Positions 48,198 to 60,570 of a stretch of 64,000 nucleotides of DNA are shown here, piece by piece. Origin of the DNA: Piedraia hortae CBS 480.64 (taxonomy: Eukaryota); contig MU005981.1 in NCBI GenBank assembly GCA_010093745.1, forward strand, positions 1-64,000. Reading direction: 5' to 3'. Under the pieces are notes generated by a model that had not been told where the DNA came from, did not search any database, and saw only the letters and a program-made list of their open reading frames with translations. Position numbers and translations under genes: made by a program. Position 1 is the first letter of the stretch. Each line of letters opens with the position of its first letter.

Positions 48198-49179
48198 CTT
48201 CGCAATTTCCTCCCTGCCGATTGTCTTCCCCACCGTCAATCCTTCTCATTTCTACGAGTCTGCGTCTTCAAGTAGATCACCTCTCAACATGAACATTATG
48301 ACGAGAGCAAGAAATCGTTCAATTAAACCGGTAGGGTATCACAATACATCGGCCCCAAATATCACGACGCGAGGCTAAAGGACGAGGAGTCGGGGCTGGG
48401 GGATCGATGAGAGACAAGGCCAAGAGGCTCAAAGCAATGGCGATGGATGAGAGGACTGCGTAGGCCCTATATAGACAGAGAAAAACACATGAAGAAGAGA
48501 AGAGAAAAGTCAGTGCCGCCTAATTGTGTGCCGCAGAGTAGGGCGACTAGGCTCGGGCCGCAAACGGACCGGGCCCTTCCGCATGATATAGGCCCTGAGT
48601 TCTGACACCAAAAAGAAGAGAATATCGTATTACACATTGGTTCCCATGAAGATAGAAAACATATTACTAATATTCCTCCCTTGCGGCAGGGAAGAGCTAC
48701 TGTTCGAAGATTGTTCAAGTGTATATCGAACGATTTAAACGTGATGTCCAGGAAGGAGGTGTAGTTAAAGGGGACGAATTGATAGTGTGAGTACACTGAG
48801 ACATCTATATATGTATAGTTATCTATACTGCATACATGAGGGGACGTTAATCATGGTCATCACGTGACGCATCCTTCAACTGGTCTACTGTCAAGAATAT
48901 TATAAAGTTAAGGGTAAGTTTTCCCAAGGACGACGCACGGTCCCGTTTGTGCTCTGTGCGTGCTTGGTGGCGTTCGGTCAGACTTGGTTTAGCGTGGGGT
49001 TGCGTTGCCTCAGCTCATGACACACAATTCGATGTGCACCTTTGTGTAGAGTGACCTGTCCTGTTTTTCCGTATGACGTACGTCTATTATAGCGTCATAT
49101 CACTGGAAAGTAGCTATTTGAGGCCAGTTTATGGAGGTATTGATTATCATCCCTTCCATCTCTCTCCGACATCTGGCTC

Positions 49180-49548
49180 ATTACCTCACAGAGGATGTTT
49201 GCCCTGGGATGTGGTTGCACATCACTGTGCGTCATCATGGTGAATGCGGTTCGGGTCGTGCCGGAATGTGGGCGCAGTTTTGGCAGACAAGTGTTATATG
49301 TGTGAGTAGATGTGTACCAGTATACATACAAGTCTCTACGGAAAACTAGTTGAGCGTCAAGTCGAGAGCCGAGCACCGATTACTAATAATGCGCGTAATA
49401 TACCGCATATTCACAACAACAAGGCTTTTCCTCACCTCCTCTTCTCCATGGTCATGGACATCATAATGAAGTATCACACACACTGTTGACTGTGTCAACT
49501 TTCACCGATATCGAAGCCACGGGAGTAAACCCCTTCCCCTTCCGATAT
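49180..49548 (+). repeat. LTR-like repeat homologous to ~1910-2110, interrupted by a family A solo LTR
   Basis: Shared gaggatgttt.ccct, tgcggttcggg, gtatcacacacactgttgactg.gtca and ccttccgata blocks. Confidence 0.8.
49292..49418 (+). mobile_element. solo LTR, family A (127 bp), TSD ACAAG
   Basis: TGTT...AACA termini; ACAAG at 49287-49291 and 49419-49423; paralog at 1-95. Confidence 0.93.
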
Positions 49549-52500
49549 CCTCTCTCATCATTCAAGTCTAGAGAGCAATCTCCTATTGCGCTACTGAATG
49601 GACAACATCCACTGTCCAGATCCCAATAGGCTTATGGATGACCTCTACGCAATTTGGGTTCCACTTTCACCACCTGGGGTATGACATCCGATAACGCAAC
49701 ATCGGAGATGAGCCCGCCGGGGCCTCCGACTTTTCTGATTTGCGCTTGTCCTGAGTGACGACCCACTGCAGCCCGGCGATGAAAGCCATCCCACGCTTTT
49801 ACTGTTTGACAATTGAGATCCAACCACTGACACATATTAATTTGGATCCCCTATATCAGAATGCGCATTTAAAAACGCATGCTGCGGCCATGTGTGGACA
49901 AGGAGGTACGGGAGAAGGACCGAATGGCAGAAACGGGTGGGGGAAGTGTGAGCGAGATTGGAGAAACAAGATGGCCAAGGAATGTCGGAGAGACGCCAAG
50001 CGGCATAAAGGACTAGAGATGTGTCGACAACGGATCCCCTCGCCAGAAGAGAAACCCCCAACGGGGAGACCCAGCATATGCCCCCAGATCCACCAACCCT
50101 AGTCTGACTGTATGCAGAGTGGTGACAAAGTCCCCCGAGTGTCTCCCCGGCCACACTCTGATGTATAGGGTCATATCGGCCAGCAAGAGCCCAAACCGCC
50201 TCTTTGACCCAACTCGGCATCCTCAACAAAAAGCTGTCTGACCTCCGCGGCCGGAGGGAATATCAACTCGAAAGAAACGGCCATGTATACGACGCCGGAG
50301 TACGATGTCGCGGAGAAATATCGAGGTTACGCAGCCACTCGATCCAAGGAGTCTGAGACATGAATCTTACACGTGCACATTCCACACGAGCTGATGGATT
50401 CAGTCTCAAGAATGCATATCTCGTTCGATGGGGCCCCTTGGGCTTCATATGTGCACAATTGCAGACGAACCGAATTCCTGCCGAAATATCTACAGCACTT
50501 TCCGAACAACGATCCCCTGGTAGGTCCAATCTTGAAGGGAAGGACGGACAATGGGCCCTCGGCTCTCGAGCGGATTACCGATCAACACCTGCTTATGAGG
50601 ACCGCCGAATCTGGCCAGGCAATACAGTATGTCTGGTTGATCCCCGTACTAACGCTATTTGAAGACAGTGTGGGATACAAGGTGCACGTCTCTGGATAGT
50701 CGTTGTACAATGGAGAAGAGATACTTGGCCTGTTCAGCTTACATTGCAGCATGGTGTTGATCCAAAGCGCCACATAATTGCCCGCATGTTTAGCGCATCT
50801 CGAAAATATCGACTTCTTCACCACCTTCTGTCTCGCGAAACATCGGTGCCCTTACAAATTTTGGTAGTGTGAAGGTGTGGCAAGGTTGAGATTGGATCTG
50901 GATACGCCCACGCACGTCATTACGAATCGTCTCGAAATCAATCTTCCCGTTCGGTATATGACGTACAGGGATGAAGTTACATATACTCGACAGCGTTTTG
51001 CAAGGGCCAGCGAACAATTCTACGTTGACAGTCATGCATTCAATAACGCGCAAGTGATGATGTCGATGTGCTAATAGCCTCACATTCTGAAACAATTTAT
51101 GGGGACACTGTACACTTGCTTTGCAATGATTTGGAAATGGTCATATAAGAGCATGAAATTCCTAAGACGGAAGCGAAAATCAGATGATATCAGGTTAAAG
51201 TTAAGATGAATACGCTAGCACGCCTGCTAACATATAAAACCCCGTCAAAGCAGGGCAACAAAACCAACCAAAGCAAAGTCCCCACTCTAGAAGTCGCTGG
51301 GTTTATGAATTGGACGGAATTGAGGACATGCCCCGCTCTGCAAGGGCACTCTAGGAAGTGCAGGGGTTGGGCCAGGATTGAACATCTTGTCATGCTCTTC
51401 GCGCATGCTCTGGTCAAAGAAGGGGTATTTGTATAGATGGTTCCGCTCTGCAGGCGACGCCCATCTCTCTAGAGGGTACAGCCTCACGGCGGGGTCTGGG
51501 CGTTGGATCCAGGTGAGATGGATGCGGGCGTGAAACGCGCCCGACATCTTCATGGTGGCCTCGACTGTTAAGTTTCCATTGAAAGATTCATCGGATGTGA
51601 ACGACCAAAATTCATTGCAAACCTCATGTAGCGCCAGGAAAAAGGCCTTGTCGTTCGCTTGGGATCGCGGCTTCCTTTAATGATGATACTAGATGCCGGA
51701 GGCGCACTCTCGCCCAAATGGGGAAGGCGGGCGCATCACGCATGATCACATCAATCTGCCGTCCGAGTTCCCAAAGTCCAGTCATTGTAACAGTAATGTC
51801 GTTATAGAGCAGGCTGCTACGGGGCATGTTGTTGATCAAGAAGTATCGAAGTGGGAGTGAGAGTGGTTAAGAGGAAAGATGGGAGGAAATTGTTCGATGT
51901 ATGTTTGGGGCGGTTCAAGTGACATGTCTTGGCAACCCCAAAAGACTGAGTGGGCAAAATCTCTCAACATAAAGGTGATTTTTTATAACGGCGGCTTTAT
52001 TATTCGACTCTATTGGAAAACACGACACGTTTGAGACAACGCTCCACTGCCGTCTTGAGTTATGGAGCACACAGGCATTTTAACTTCGACCCCAAATCCC
52101 TTACGAGACGGATCGTACGATCTTCCACGGTGGCTTGGCACTGTAGCCTTTCTAATTCGGCAATACATTCGATCCGCGTGACTTTGTGATGTTTCACTGT
52201 AGAGACTGGCAAGCAGGATATAGCCTATGTTGGGCGTGGGGAGGCAAAATTCCACCAATGGGCGTCAGTATCGCGGCGGAGTTCCCGCAACCTATAGCTT
52301 GCAGCTTGCTCCCCCACGATCCGAAAGGTTTTAGCTCAGAAAATCTTGCTTGCCAGTCTCTAGGGTACCGGGCAAATTACACAAAAGTTCAAAACATACG
52401 CTTTCCAAGCCTCAAAGATCTACGCGGCATCTGCGAGTTTACATATTGTGTGTCAACTTTCTTCTCAGGAGCATCTGATTCTACGCACCTCCATCTTTGC

Positions 52501-52734
52501 CAAACAGTTATCGCGTTCCTTGGAGCCACGCCGTCAAACAAACAATTAATTAATTATATAAACCTAACACTAACATATCGCAAAGCAACTTAATGCAGCC
52601 CCCAAATATACGCATGTTATCGTTACACATCATCACCCCCCAATTCCATGGCTTTTGCATAAGGTATAGAGAATGACACGCCTCACTTGGGACAACTTCC
52701 CTCATGGATCCTAGCCAATGATACTATCATTTCC

Positions 52735-52990
52735 TAGCACAGTGAGCCCTGGGACGGATGAGGTAGATCGGTGATAGATAGAACGCCCGAGGCTTCGCAG
52801 AGTTTTCTGCCTCATACAGATTTCCCCTGCGGCGAGGTCACGTCATCGCGTGGTCTCGGCAAATGCGGTCTGGCCAACTGTGGGTCTGTGGAGGACGTTG
52901 CGTTAGCTCTCAGCACGTACAGACGAACACAGTTACGCACACCTCTTTGCCCAGAATTCACGTCTTATCTCCCCTCCTCATCTTCATGTC
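52735..52990 (+). repeat. dispersed repeat family C (LTR-like)
   Basis: Long identical core shared with 63653-63793 and similarity to the reverse copy at 12297-12472. Confidence 0.9.
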
Positions 52991-53124
52991 CATCTGCTAC
53001 CCATTCGCGGGCAAATTTGTATGAGAAACGCTGCATGTCATTCAAACTGGAGCCTTCCACACCTAAGTCCTCTGACTTCGCTTCAAAAGGTCTCGCCGAA
53101 CCCAGCGGCAATTCTTTAAGTACA

Positions 53125-53590
53125 AGTTCGTGGTGATTACCGTGTATATTGCTGACATCTGTCAAGAATTTCTTTGTGGTATATACAAGACAGGAGATAG
53201 TCGTGATTGCCATGTATATTACTTACGCCTGTTGAGGAACTCATCAATCTTACCTCGCAGGACGCTTTGCGTTCGGGTAAAAACTCACATCTTGCCGAGC
53301 GCCAAGCATGCGTACGGGCGCGAAACGGTCCTTAGGGCCCATTTGAGGTCTTTGACTCACCTTCCACTGGCCTCGCTTTAAAGGATTTCGCACCACGAGG
53401 TTCTTGTGGTATTTGTTGCAAAAAAGGAGGTAGTCATAGTTACCGTGGATATTGCTCACATCTTTCGAGATGATCTCTCATATGAGGAGCAGCAGGTAGT
53501 CGTTCTTGCCATGTGTATTGCCGACATTTGTCCCCAGAACACATGATGAGGGAGACCCTGAACTCCTGACGAGCGCCAAGCATGCGGTTC
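53125..53590 (-). repeat. degenerate 66-70 bp repeat units inside a ~300-bp duplication
   Basis: Four copies of tagtcgtgattRccRtgtatattgct at ~53128, 53198, 53431 and 53497; cgagcgccaagcatgcg occurs twice. Confidence 0.8.
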
Positions 53591-54769
53591 TCCTGATGAG
53601 CGATACTGCTGGACGACTCTGCAAGTTTTCGAATCCATTGTGGCCAAAAGGAGCTGTTAGACGGTGCTACAGAAAATACGTCTGTCTTTTCGCCTGGCGT
53701 AAGGTGTGCTCTGCTCTATGAGGGGACAAACGAGAGGATAAATGCCGTCAGAAAGGTTCTCAGGAGGCAGCTCGTCAAGGTGCGAAGTTGCTGGGTAGAG
53801 CTTTGTTTGGAGGGAGAGTAACATCTGCTCCCGGCAGCAATTATATTGTTGAGTCCAAGGCCGGACTGACAAACGGAATAGAATAGAGGAGGAGGCATAG
53901 AAAGACCGGGTGTGGAGTCTTGCTCGCGGCGTATCTTGGGGGCGTTGTACTCATAGATCCGCAAGGGAGCGAGAGAGCACTTTGGATGGGTGCATTGGTA
54001 TTTATACTGAAACCGCGACATCAGTTCTTCTGCTCTGGCCGCTTACATTTGGAGAGTCTTATCCTTGTGCAGACTTTTGGAGGTAGCAATCATTTGGAGC
54101 GAGGGGCCTGCATAATTCTGCTTGTCGTGGGATTCATTTATCGTCCAACGAAAGGTGTGGCGAACGTCAAGGATGCCATTTAGGTTTGTCTCCCACACAA
54201 TAGGCAGGGTTTGCTCCATTGATAACCACACAAACCTTGTTAGTTCATGTGGGAGACTGCCAATTTTCGAACGTGTGGAGTTTGTTGGGAAACACCTTCT
54301 TGCGGCTACCAATTGTTTATGTATGCTCATACAATGAAAGTGATCCGACCCTGGAAACATCCAGTAACGGAATCGACGATTCCAAGGCTTTGTGTTGGGC
54401 TGTGGACAGTGGTCCTGGCGAAAGTCCAATTAAGACAGCAAAGTGCAAAGAACTTTGTGGAATTGCCTGTTTCCCATGAGGTTTGTTAGCCTTGTTCAGG
54501 TTGTTCCAAGGACTATAGAGATCATGATCAGATATTGGCGAGAGCAACCATCATGCGAACCAGACCTTTCATTCGAGGTCCTACCTCGCGATAAGAGTAG
54601 TTGTCCACCACAAGGCTATACCTACGCAGGGTAAAATAAAATGTAAAGGCTGAGGTTGGCTTCCTATATCAATTCCATAACAAAACAAAAAACACCCGCT
54701 AATGACAGCGCATCACATCTCATCATTCCTATTCGTTCTTTTGTGTTTTTATAATAGGCCAAGCGGCTC

Positions 54770-56053
54770 TCATCTCTGCGCCCTGTCTCGACCAGCAGCA
54801 ACATCACTCGTTGCCGCCTCGTAGGTCGGGATCGGCGGACCTCCATCATCTTCCCCATGTATCAGAGACTCATATAGCGGCGGCCGTCGATCCATATTCC
54901 ACCGCGCAAGCGAAATATCCGACGGAGCATTCAGAGGGCCGGGGGACTCTGCGCGCGAGCCGTCTCTACTCGCATCATCTTCCCTCTCTGGACCACCTTC
55001 AAGTGAAATACTGCCTGCCTCTGACCCGTACGGCGGCGGCGGAGCGAGGCTGCCCGTTTGAGGCGCCAGACCCCATTTCTTGACGTTCGCTTCGATGAAC
55101 ACGAACCCCATCTGGCCGAAATTGACGTGTACGTTTGCGGGGCCGACAGCGCCCACTGTTGGGAAAAAGTTGGGCGTCTTGAGGCCTGAGGCGACATCAT
55201 CCAGCTTCTTCCCGTTGCGAGTAAAAAATACCGTTCCTGAACGGGGCCGGTAGCCGACCCCGACAACGTCGCCTTGTGCGAGTGGTGGGCCGTATGGAGT
55301 CCCGCTAAATGGCTGATTGAATCTTCTTTCTCCCTCAGAGGTGTATGCTATAGAAGTTCGATGTAAGCCCGGGAGGCGGAAGAGGGGATATGGCTTTGTC
55401 GTCAGCCCTACGGACACGCTTGTTTCTGGCGGCAAGTCGAACATTTTGGCCTCAAAATAGTACACTTCGTTCTGCTTTGGGATTGGGAGATTGCTCTGAA
55501 CGCTGCATTCGCAGTCAAAGAATTCAATCTCCGTCCGCGCCTCGACGAAGCAGTTGGCGACTTCCAGTTCTGGCTCAAATTCCCATGCAGAGACGCCCTT
55601 TTCTTGGATCGCGAGGAACTGCGAGAGGCTAATGTCCGTCTGGAAGCTCTCGGCGGGATTAACCGCCACCCATGCTTTGGCGCGCAGGTAATCCGTTCGC
55701 GCTCCCTCTGGAGCTGAAGAGAGGAACTCCTCCTCATCGTCGAGGAAGGCCTGAGTGTCGTCCCACTCGCCCGGAGCGCGGTGGAAGGTGATTGTATCGA
55801 GGATGATGCGCCCAGGGGAGGTGTAGCGGAAGAAGAAGACGGCGAGGACGATTAGGAAGAGAAAAACGGCTGCGCCAATGGCAGATAGCATTCCGATTAT
55901 GATGCCGCGGCCTGTAGAGGAGAGGCCGCTGCCAACGCCGCTTGCGGTCATTGCTGGCGACATGGTGCTGGAGAGGGTGACCGCCGCCTGTGCGCTGGTT
56001 GATGCCGCTCTTGCGACAGTCACGAGCGTTGCTATTCCGCCGCTGTCGGCCAT
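54770..56053 (-). CDS. SSH4: SPRY-domain membrane adaptor for Rsp5 (Ssh4/Ear1 family); start uncertain
   Basis: Single TM segment, IQEKGVSAWEFEP, VYYFEAK, KPYPLFRLPG, FFTRNGK, EANVKKWGLAP and PPPY motif. Confidence 0.9.
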   Translation of the reverse strand: MADSGGIATLVTVARAASTSAQAAVTLSSTMSPAMTASGVGSGLSSTGRGIIIGMLSAIGAAVFLFLIVLAVFFFRYTSPGRIILDTITFHRAPGEWDDTQAFLDDEEEFLSSAPEGARTDYLRAKAWVAVNPAESFQTDISLSQFLAIQEKGVSAWEFEPELEVANCFVEARTEIEFFDCECSVQSNLPIPKQNEVYYFEAKMFDLPPETSVSVGLTTKPYPLFRLPGLHRTSIAYTSEGERRFNQPFSGTPYGPPLAQGDVVGVGYRPRSGTVFFTRNGKKLDDVASGLKTPNFFPTVGAVGPANVHVNFGQMGFVFIEANVKKWGLAPQTGSLAPPPPYGSEAGSISLEGGPEREDDASRDGSRAESPGPLNAPSDISLARWNMDRRPPLYESLIHGEDDGGPPIPTYEAATSDVAAGRDRAQR

Positions 56054-58479
56054 TTGATGCTGTTGCGCCGCCGTCAATTGTTTGGGGCGCGGTGCAAGGC
56101 TAAACTTAGCCACATTTGGGGGTTATGACGTCGGGCGGGGTACCGTTTTTGTCATCCCTTACTGTAATTATCTTCGGCCAGTTAGACTCAACGGCGGAGA
56201 TGACTCCAGCTATTTTCCAGACGTAGGTAGTAGCTGCGTGTAGATGCTTTGACAGCGCAGGGGAGATGGCAGCGAATGTCGGCGCGGGCCGGTGCCGGAT
56301 TAGGCACTGAAACGGAACGGACCGCTGGACGCTATTTTGGTGCAATTTTTGGGCAATTTTCACTTTGCGCGCCACAATCACATTCAATGCACACCGTAGA
56401 ATATAGAGCCCTTAAAATGCAGCAAATCCCACATCCAAGTCATGAAACTCTGTAACTGAGAGACAGCTTGCCACTCCTTGGAGAGAGCCTGTATGGAGGC
56501 CCTGCTTATCATAATCGAAGGAGGAAAGCCGCAGCCAAAGGCTATCACCAACATTCTCGGCGGCGTGGCTGCTGAAATTATTGATAGAGAGCAGAACAGA
56601 ACTCGATTTCTTTTGGAAACAGCCAATGAATTTGACAGATGCTTTCAAATTCCACATGCGTGCCTGCTGTGCTCTGATGCAAAAAGAAGCAAACTTTGGA
56701 CACCCGGTCTCCGAGGAGACTGCACAGTGGAAGCTAAACCAACTCGTCAAGGAAAGCGAGACTTCGGAGCTTCCACGCGGAATTCGCTGGTAATTCCCCG
56801 AGATGTGGCTTCGAAATGGTGGCAAAGACGTTATTGATCTTTGACAATATATTTCAAGAAATGCGGGACACGCTACAAATGCAGTTTTACAGAACAACTG
56901 AAGCTGACCAAGTTCGTCTACCAGAAAGCCTCATTAGCTGTTTGTATTCGAGGAAAACAAAATTCCCGGCTTGAATGCTGGAACCAGCCAACCTTGGAGC
57001 AAGAAGGTTTTGAGCTCTCACTGGCCTTATCAGATTCGGTTCTGTCTTAGGGCTCTGTCATGAGCTTGATGGTTTTAAAGTGGTGCTACGCCTGGAGCTC
57101 GCGGCAAACCACAATTGGTACGAGATAACAGATGACTATGGTCTTTCACCCTTGAGCAGCCGAGCACTAGGTCAAGTCAGTCGGCATTCCCAGTCAAATT
57201 CGGATACCTTTCAAATTCCGTCGGTAACCAGCCTACTAGCTACCCTCGACACCGCGTTTGAGACCTCGGACCTCGGATACACAGCTCGCATTAATCTGAG
57301 TGATTGCTGCCAGGGTTGTATGGAACTGCTCCAGTACATCGCGTGGCTCTAGTACATCAATTCCCCATACAAAATACTCCAATGACTCGCTCCGTACCAT
57401 GTTGGAGTCGAGACCGAACGCATTTCATGTTGCATTGGTCTAAGCTCTTTCACAGGGCAAGACTACCCTGGCCTCAATTGCCAATCACATCTCGAGCATC
57501 TACAACCGTTCTTGCGCAGTCGCCTCCGACGGCCCCACCACGTCCCCGCTTCTGGCCCTTAAGGAGTTGCCGGCCTCCGTCACCACAGCTTGACAGCCCT
57601 TCGCTGTTATACAATGTAGGCAACCTTCAACAACGTCGCGAGATTCTCCGACAAGACCTCCAAGGAGGAAGCAAACAGTCAGGATGCTGCCAGATAGCAC
57701 AAATCATGAGGGGCGGAGATATACAGCTTCAGGATGATTGAGATTTGGCTATTGGTAGATTGACCTGTCGATGGCACGAAGGTCTGGGAATGGAGGTGGT
57801 TATTCATCCAAAAAATGAACAGCATTGGCCATTCCTTGCGGCACAGGTCGCGATGGGCTGCAGAAAAAGAAACCAAAATAGAAGACACATGCATATTGAA
57901 GACTATATTGGGGCTGGGTCACTCACATGACGCAAATGTTTTACGGCTCATGTTGGAAGCTGTTTATATCAAAGAAAAGTACTGGTCTGCGTCGACCATC
58001 TCCTCCACGCCACAATACGCAACACCTTCCAAGGACTCGGCCACGCCAATGTCATACAAAACCCCCAATGCCTCCACCTTCTCTGGTGGTGAAGAGAAAC
58101 TGGATACCTCAATCACTATCACTGATATGTGTGGCTGTACTAATAACTCTGCTACCAAAATATATAGCGAATGTGAGAAAGTCAAGGCAATTGGCATATC
58201 TTCCTTTCTGAAGAGTGGCAAAAGAAGAGCAACTTGCAATGCACATCGAGGGGTCACACATTTGAAGCATTCAAAGGCCAAGGAAATGAAACCTCACCTA
58301 GCTCAGCCCAAAAACAAAAGAATCTTTGTGTGGGAAAATGTACCTCTGGGGATTTTGTGACTACATAAAATAATCGCCCTGCTCAGTTAGGCGCTCAGGC
58401 CTTGACCCAATGATTGCTGGCAAATCACCGAAAAATACAAGGCCAGGGCACCAAAGTTGAAGAAACTCTTCACACGCAA

Positions 58480-59330
58480 GGTTGGGAAAAGCGCGAAGCG
58501 AAATTGTTCTCGGTAAGGTGGACCTTCGGAAGTGCGTAATGCGCGTGGTCGGTACGCGAGGCGAGGAACCGAGCATGAAGCTGGGGTGCGCGGCATACAC
58601 GGGCAATATCACGGATGAGGAGGAACGGAAAGCGAAGCTCGACACCTGGTTGAGCAGCACCCCAACTTCATTCATCGTTGCGACGACCGCCTTGTCGGAG
58701 GATTTTGATTACGCCCACATCCGAATTATCTTTAATGCCGGTCCTCCGGGCAGCCTAATCACCATCGCCCAACAGGTCGGGCGGGCGGGTCGAGTTTTTT
58801 AGCCCTGCCGCAGCATCCTCATCATCCCGCATGACTGGAAGGCGGGTTCCACTTGCTCAGTCGATCCGAGCACAGATCTCAGAGGTGACCACCAGTTGCG
58901 CAGAAAGGCCGAGCGCGCGGCCGTCGACGAGTACATACCGTACTGTTCTCAGTGATTACCTTGACGATCCGCATATGCGCCGCCACTGCTTTGGCTTGGA
59001 CGAGCCTTGCGACGTTTGCGGCTTCATCAATGAGGAGCCAATCTCACCGAGAGACCGCCCACACGCCGCAATGAGCAACATTCAATTCAGGCGGAATGTG
59101 GCCAGATAGCTCGAGGATACGGAGGAGTTCACTCGAACCCTCCGCAATCTGAGGGCAAGTGTGTGCTTTGCCTCGTCGCTGGGCGGCCACACCTTCCCCA
59201 CCCCCTGGAGTGCGGCCAGAGAATCAGTACGGACAAGATGAAGGGAAGGATGTTTGCCACGAAAGACATTGCCTGCGATGTTTGTTTGATGCCGTGGCGA
59301 TGGTGCCAGAAGGCACCAGACTGCGGTATC
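58480..59330 (+). pseudogene. RecQ-type (telomere-linked-helicase-like) helicase C-terminal relic
   Basis: FIVATTAL, AQQVGRAGR (motif VI), then VLSDYLD..C..PCDVCG Zn-binding module and further Cys pairs; stops and frameshifts. Confidence 0.75.
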
Positions 59331-59679
59331 AAGTGAAGCGTACTGGAAGCGTATCTGGGGGCTTGGGGTAGGACGGTGCGAGCAACAAAGAGGCCCCTAC
59401 CCTAATCAATGGTCTCCCCCCCCCCCTCTCCCTCCCATGGAGCAAATGGCTACCAGTATCGTAATTAAGAGATTTCCACTGAATCACGAATCACGGGGCG
59501 CTTGGATACGTCGACCTTCACATGGAGATACCCAATGGGTTCAGACAGCCTGGCAATGTAGTTCAACTCCGTAAGAGCCTCTATTGCCTAAAGTAGTCGG
59601 CAGAAATTGCGGCGCGACCACCTCCAGATGATGCCTTAAAGCGTATTCCCTTTTAAACCGCTTCACATCTCTCATCATT

Positions 59680-60010
59680 ATGAATGCTGCTCTTAACGAA
59701 TGGCATACTCTGGTCGAAAATGTCACCATGCCAAATTTCGCGACCACCGCCAAAAAGCGTATGATCAATCGTACAACCTTGTACATGTTGTTTCATGGCA
59801 TCACAGTGGATCGGAACATCGCATTGGAGGCGCGTAGGAGCCTGTCCAAGGAACAAAAGGAGGAGCTGGTCAAGCATATCAGCTTCTTGTGCGATTTGTG
59901 CTTGCCTCCCTCGCCGGGTATGGTTGAAGCCGGCGCAAAGCATCTGCCAGCATGATATCGGGAAAAAGTGGCCCGCTCTGTTTGTGAAAAGAAACCGGAA
60001 AATACTCGAG
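59680..60010 (+). mobile_element. pogo/Fot1 transposase N-terminal HTH fragment
   Basis: AKKRMINRTTL..FHG, LSKEQKEELVKHI..L..PPSPGMV..GA and frameshifted IGKKWPALFVKR. Confidence 0.8.
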
Positions 60011-60339
60011 ATACCTCAATGGCATCTATCTATCGCGCTAAACGACCGTGCGACGCTAGATTGGTTATCTTGGATCGCCAATGTTTTGGAAAATCTTTTT
60101 CGGGATCGTCAGCAACCACGTAGCTCATATTGCCATTCAGTCTATACTTGGACTTTTCTTAAAGATAGTGGTGCGAGCCATCAACAGCATCCCCATGCGT
60201 CTAACTGCGTTTCGGCCGAACATAACCTTGACGGAGGGAAATTCGTAGCCGCTGGGTTCTTCCGAAAGTTCTAGGAGGTCTTTCACAGAGTGCTACGGTG
60301 CAATTATTGAGACTCAGGTGCCCATATCTACACCTAGCT

Positions 60340-60570
60340 GCCATAAAGACCCCCAACGTTCAAACTTCAGCCGGAAGCAATTTCTCTCAATCAACGTGCT
60401 GACTATGGTGAATTCCGCTTCGTGACTTTTGTGGGCAAAGGCTCGGTGGCCTGGGTCTACCCAAGATACTCGTATCCTGAGAAGGGAAGTTACTGTGGTG
60501 CCAAACGTTGAGTACATTCACAATGGGTGCTACCCTCTCGGTGACTCTCTGTTCGCCCTGAACCATGACT
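60340..60570 (+). mobile_element. PIF/Harbinger DDE transposase fragment
   Basis: FSRKQFLSINV..V, ARWPGSTQDTRI and YPLGDSLFAL match RK.F.S.NV, WPGS.HD and YLLGDS. Confidence 0.75.

Noticed and set aside
50373..51074. Run of + strand ORF pieces
   Set aside because: Looks like a decayed coding region, but no family could be recognised
53125..53590. CRISPR-like repeat-spacer array
   Set aside because: Eukaryotic context, degenerate repeats, spacers related to each other, no cas genes
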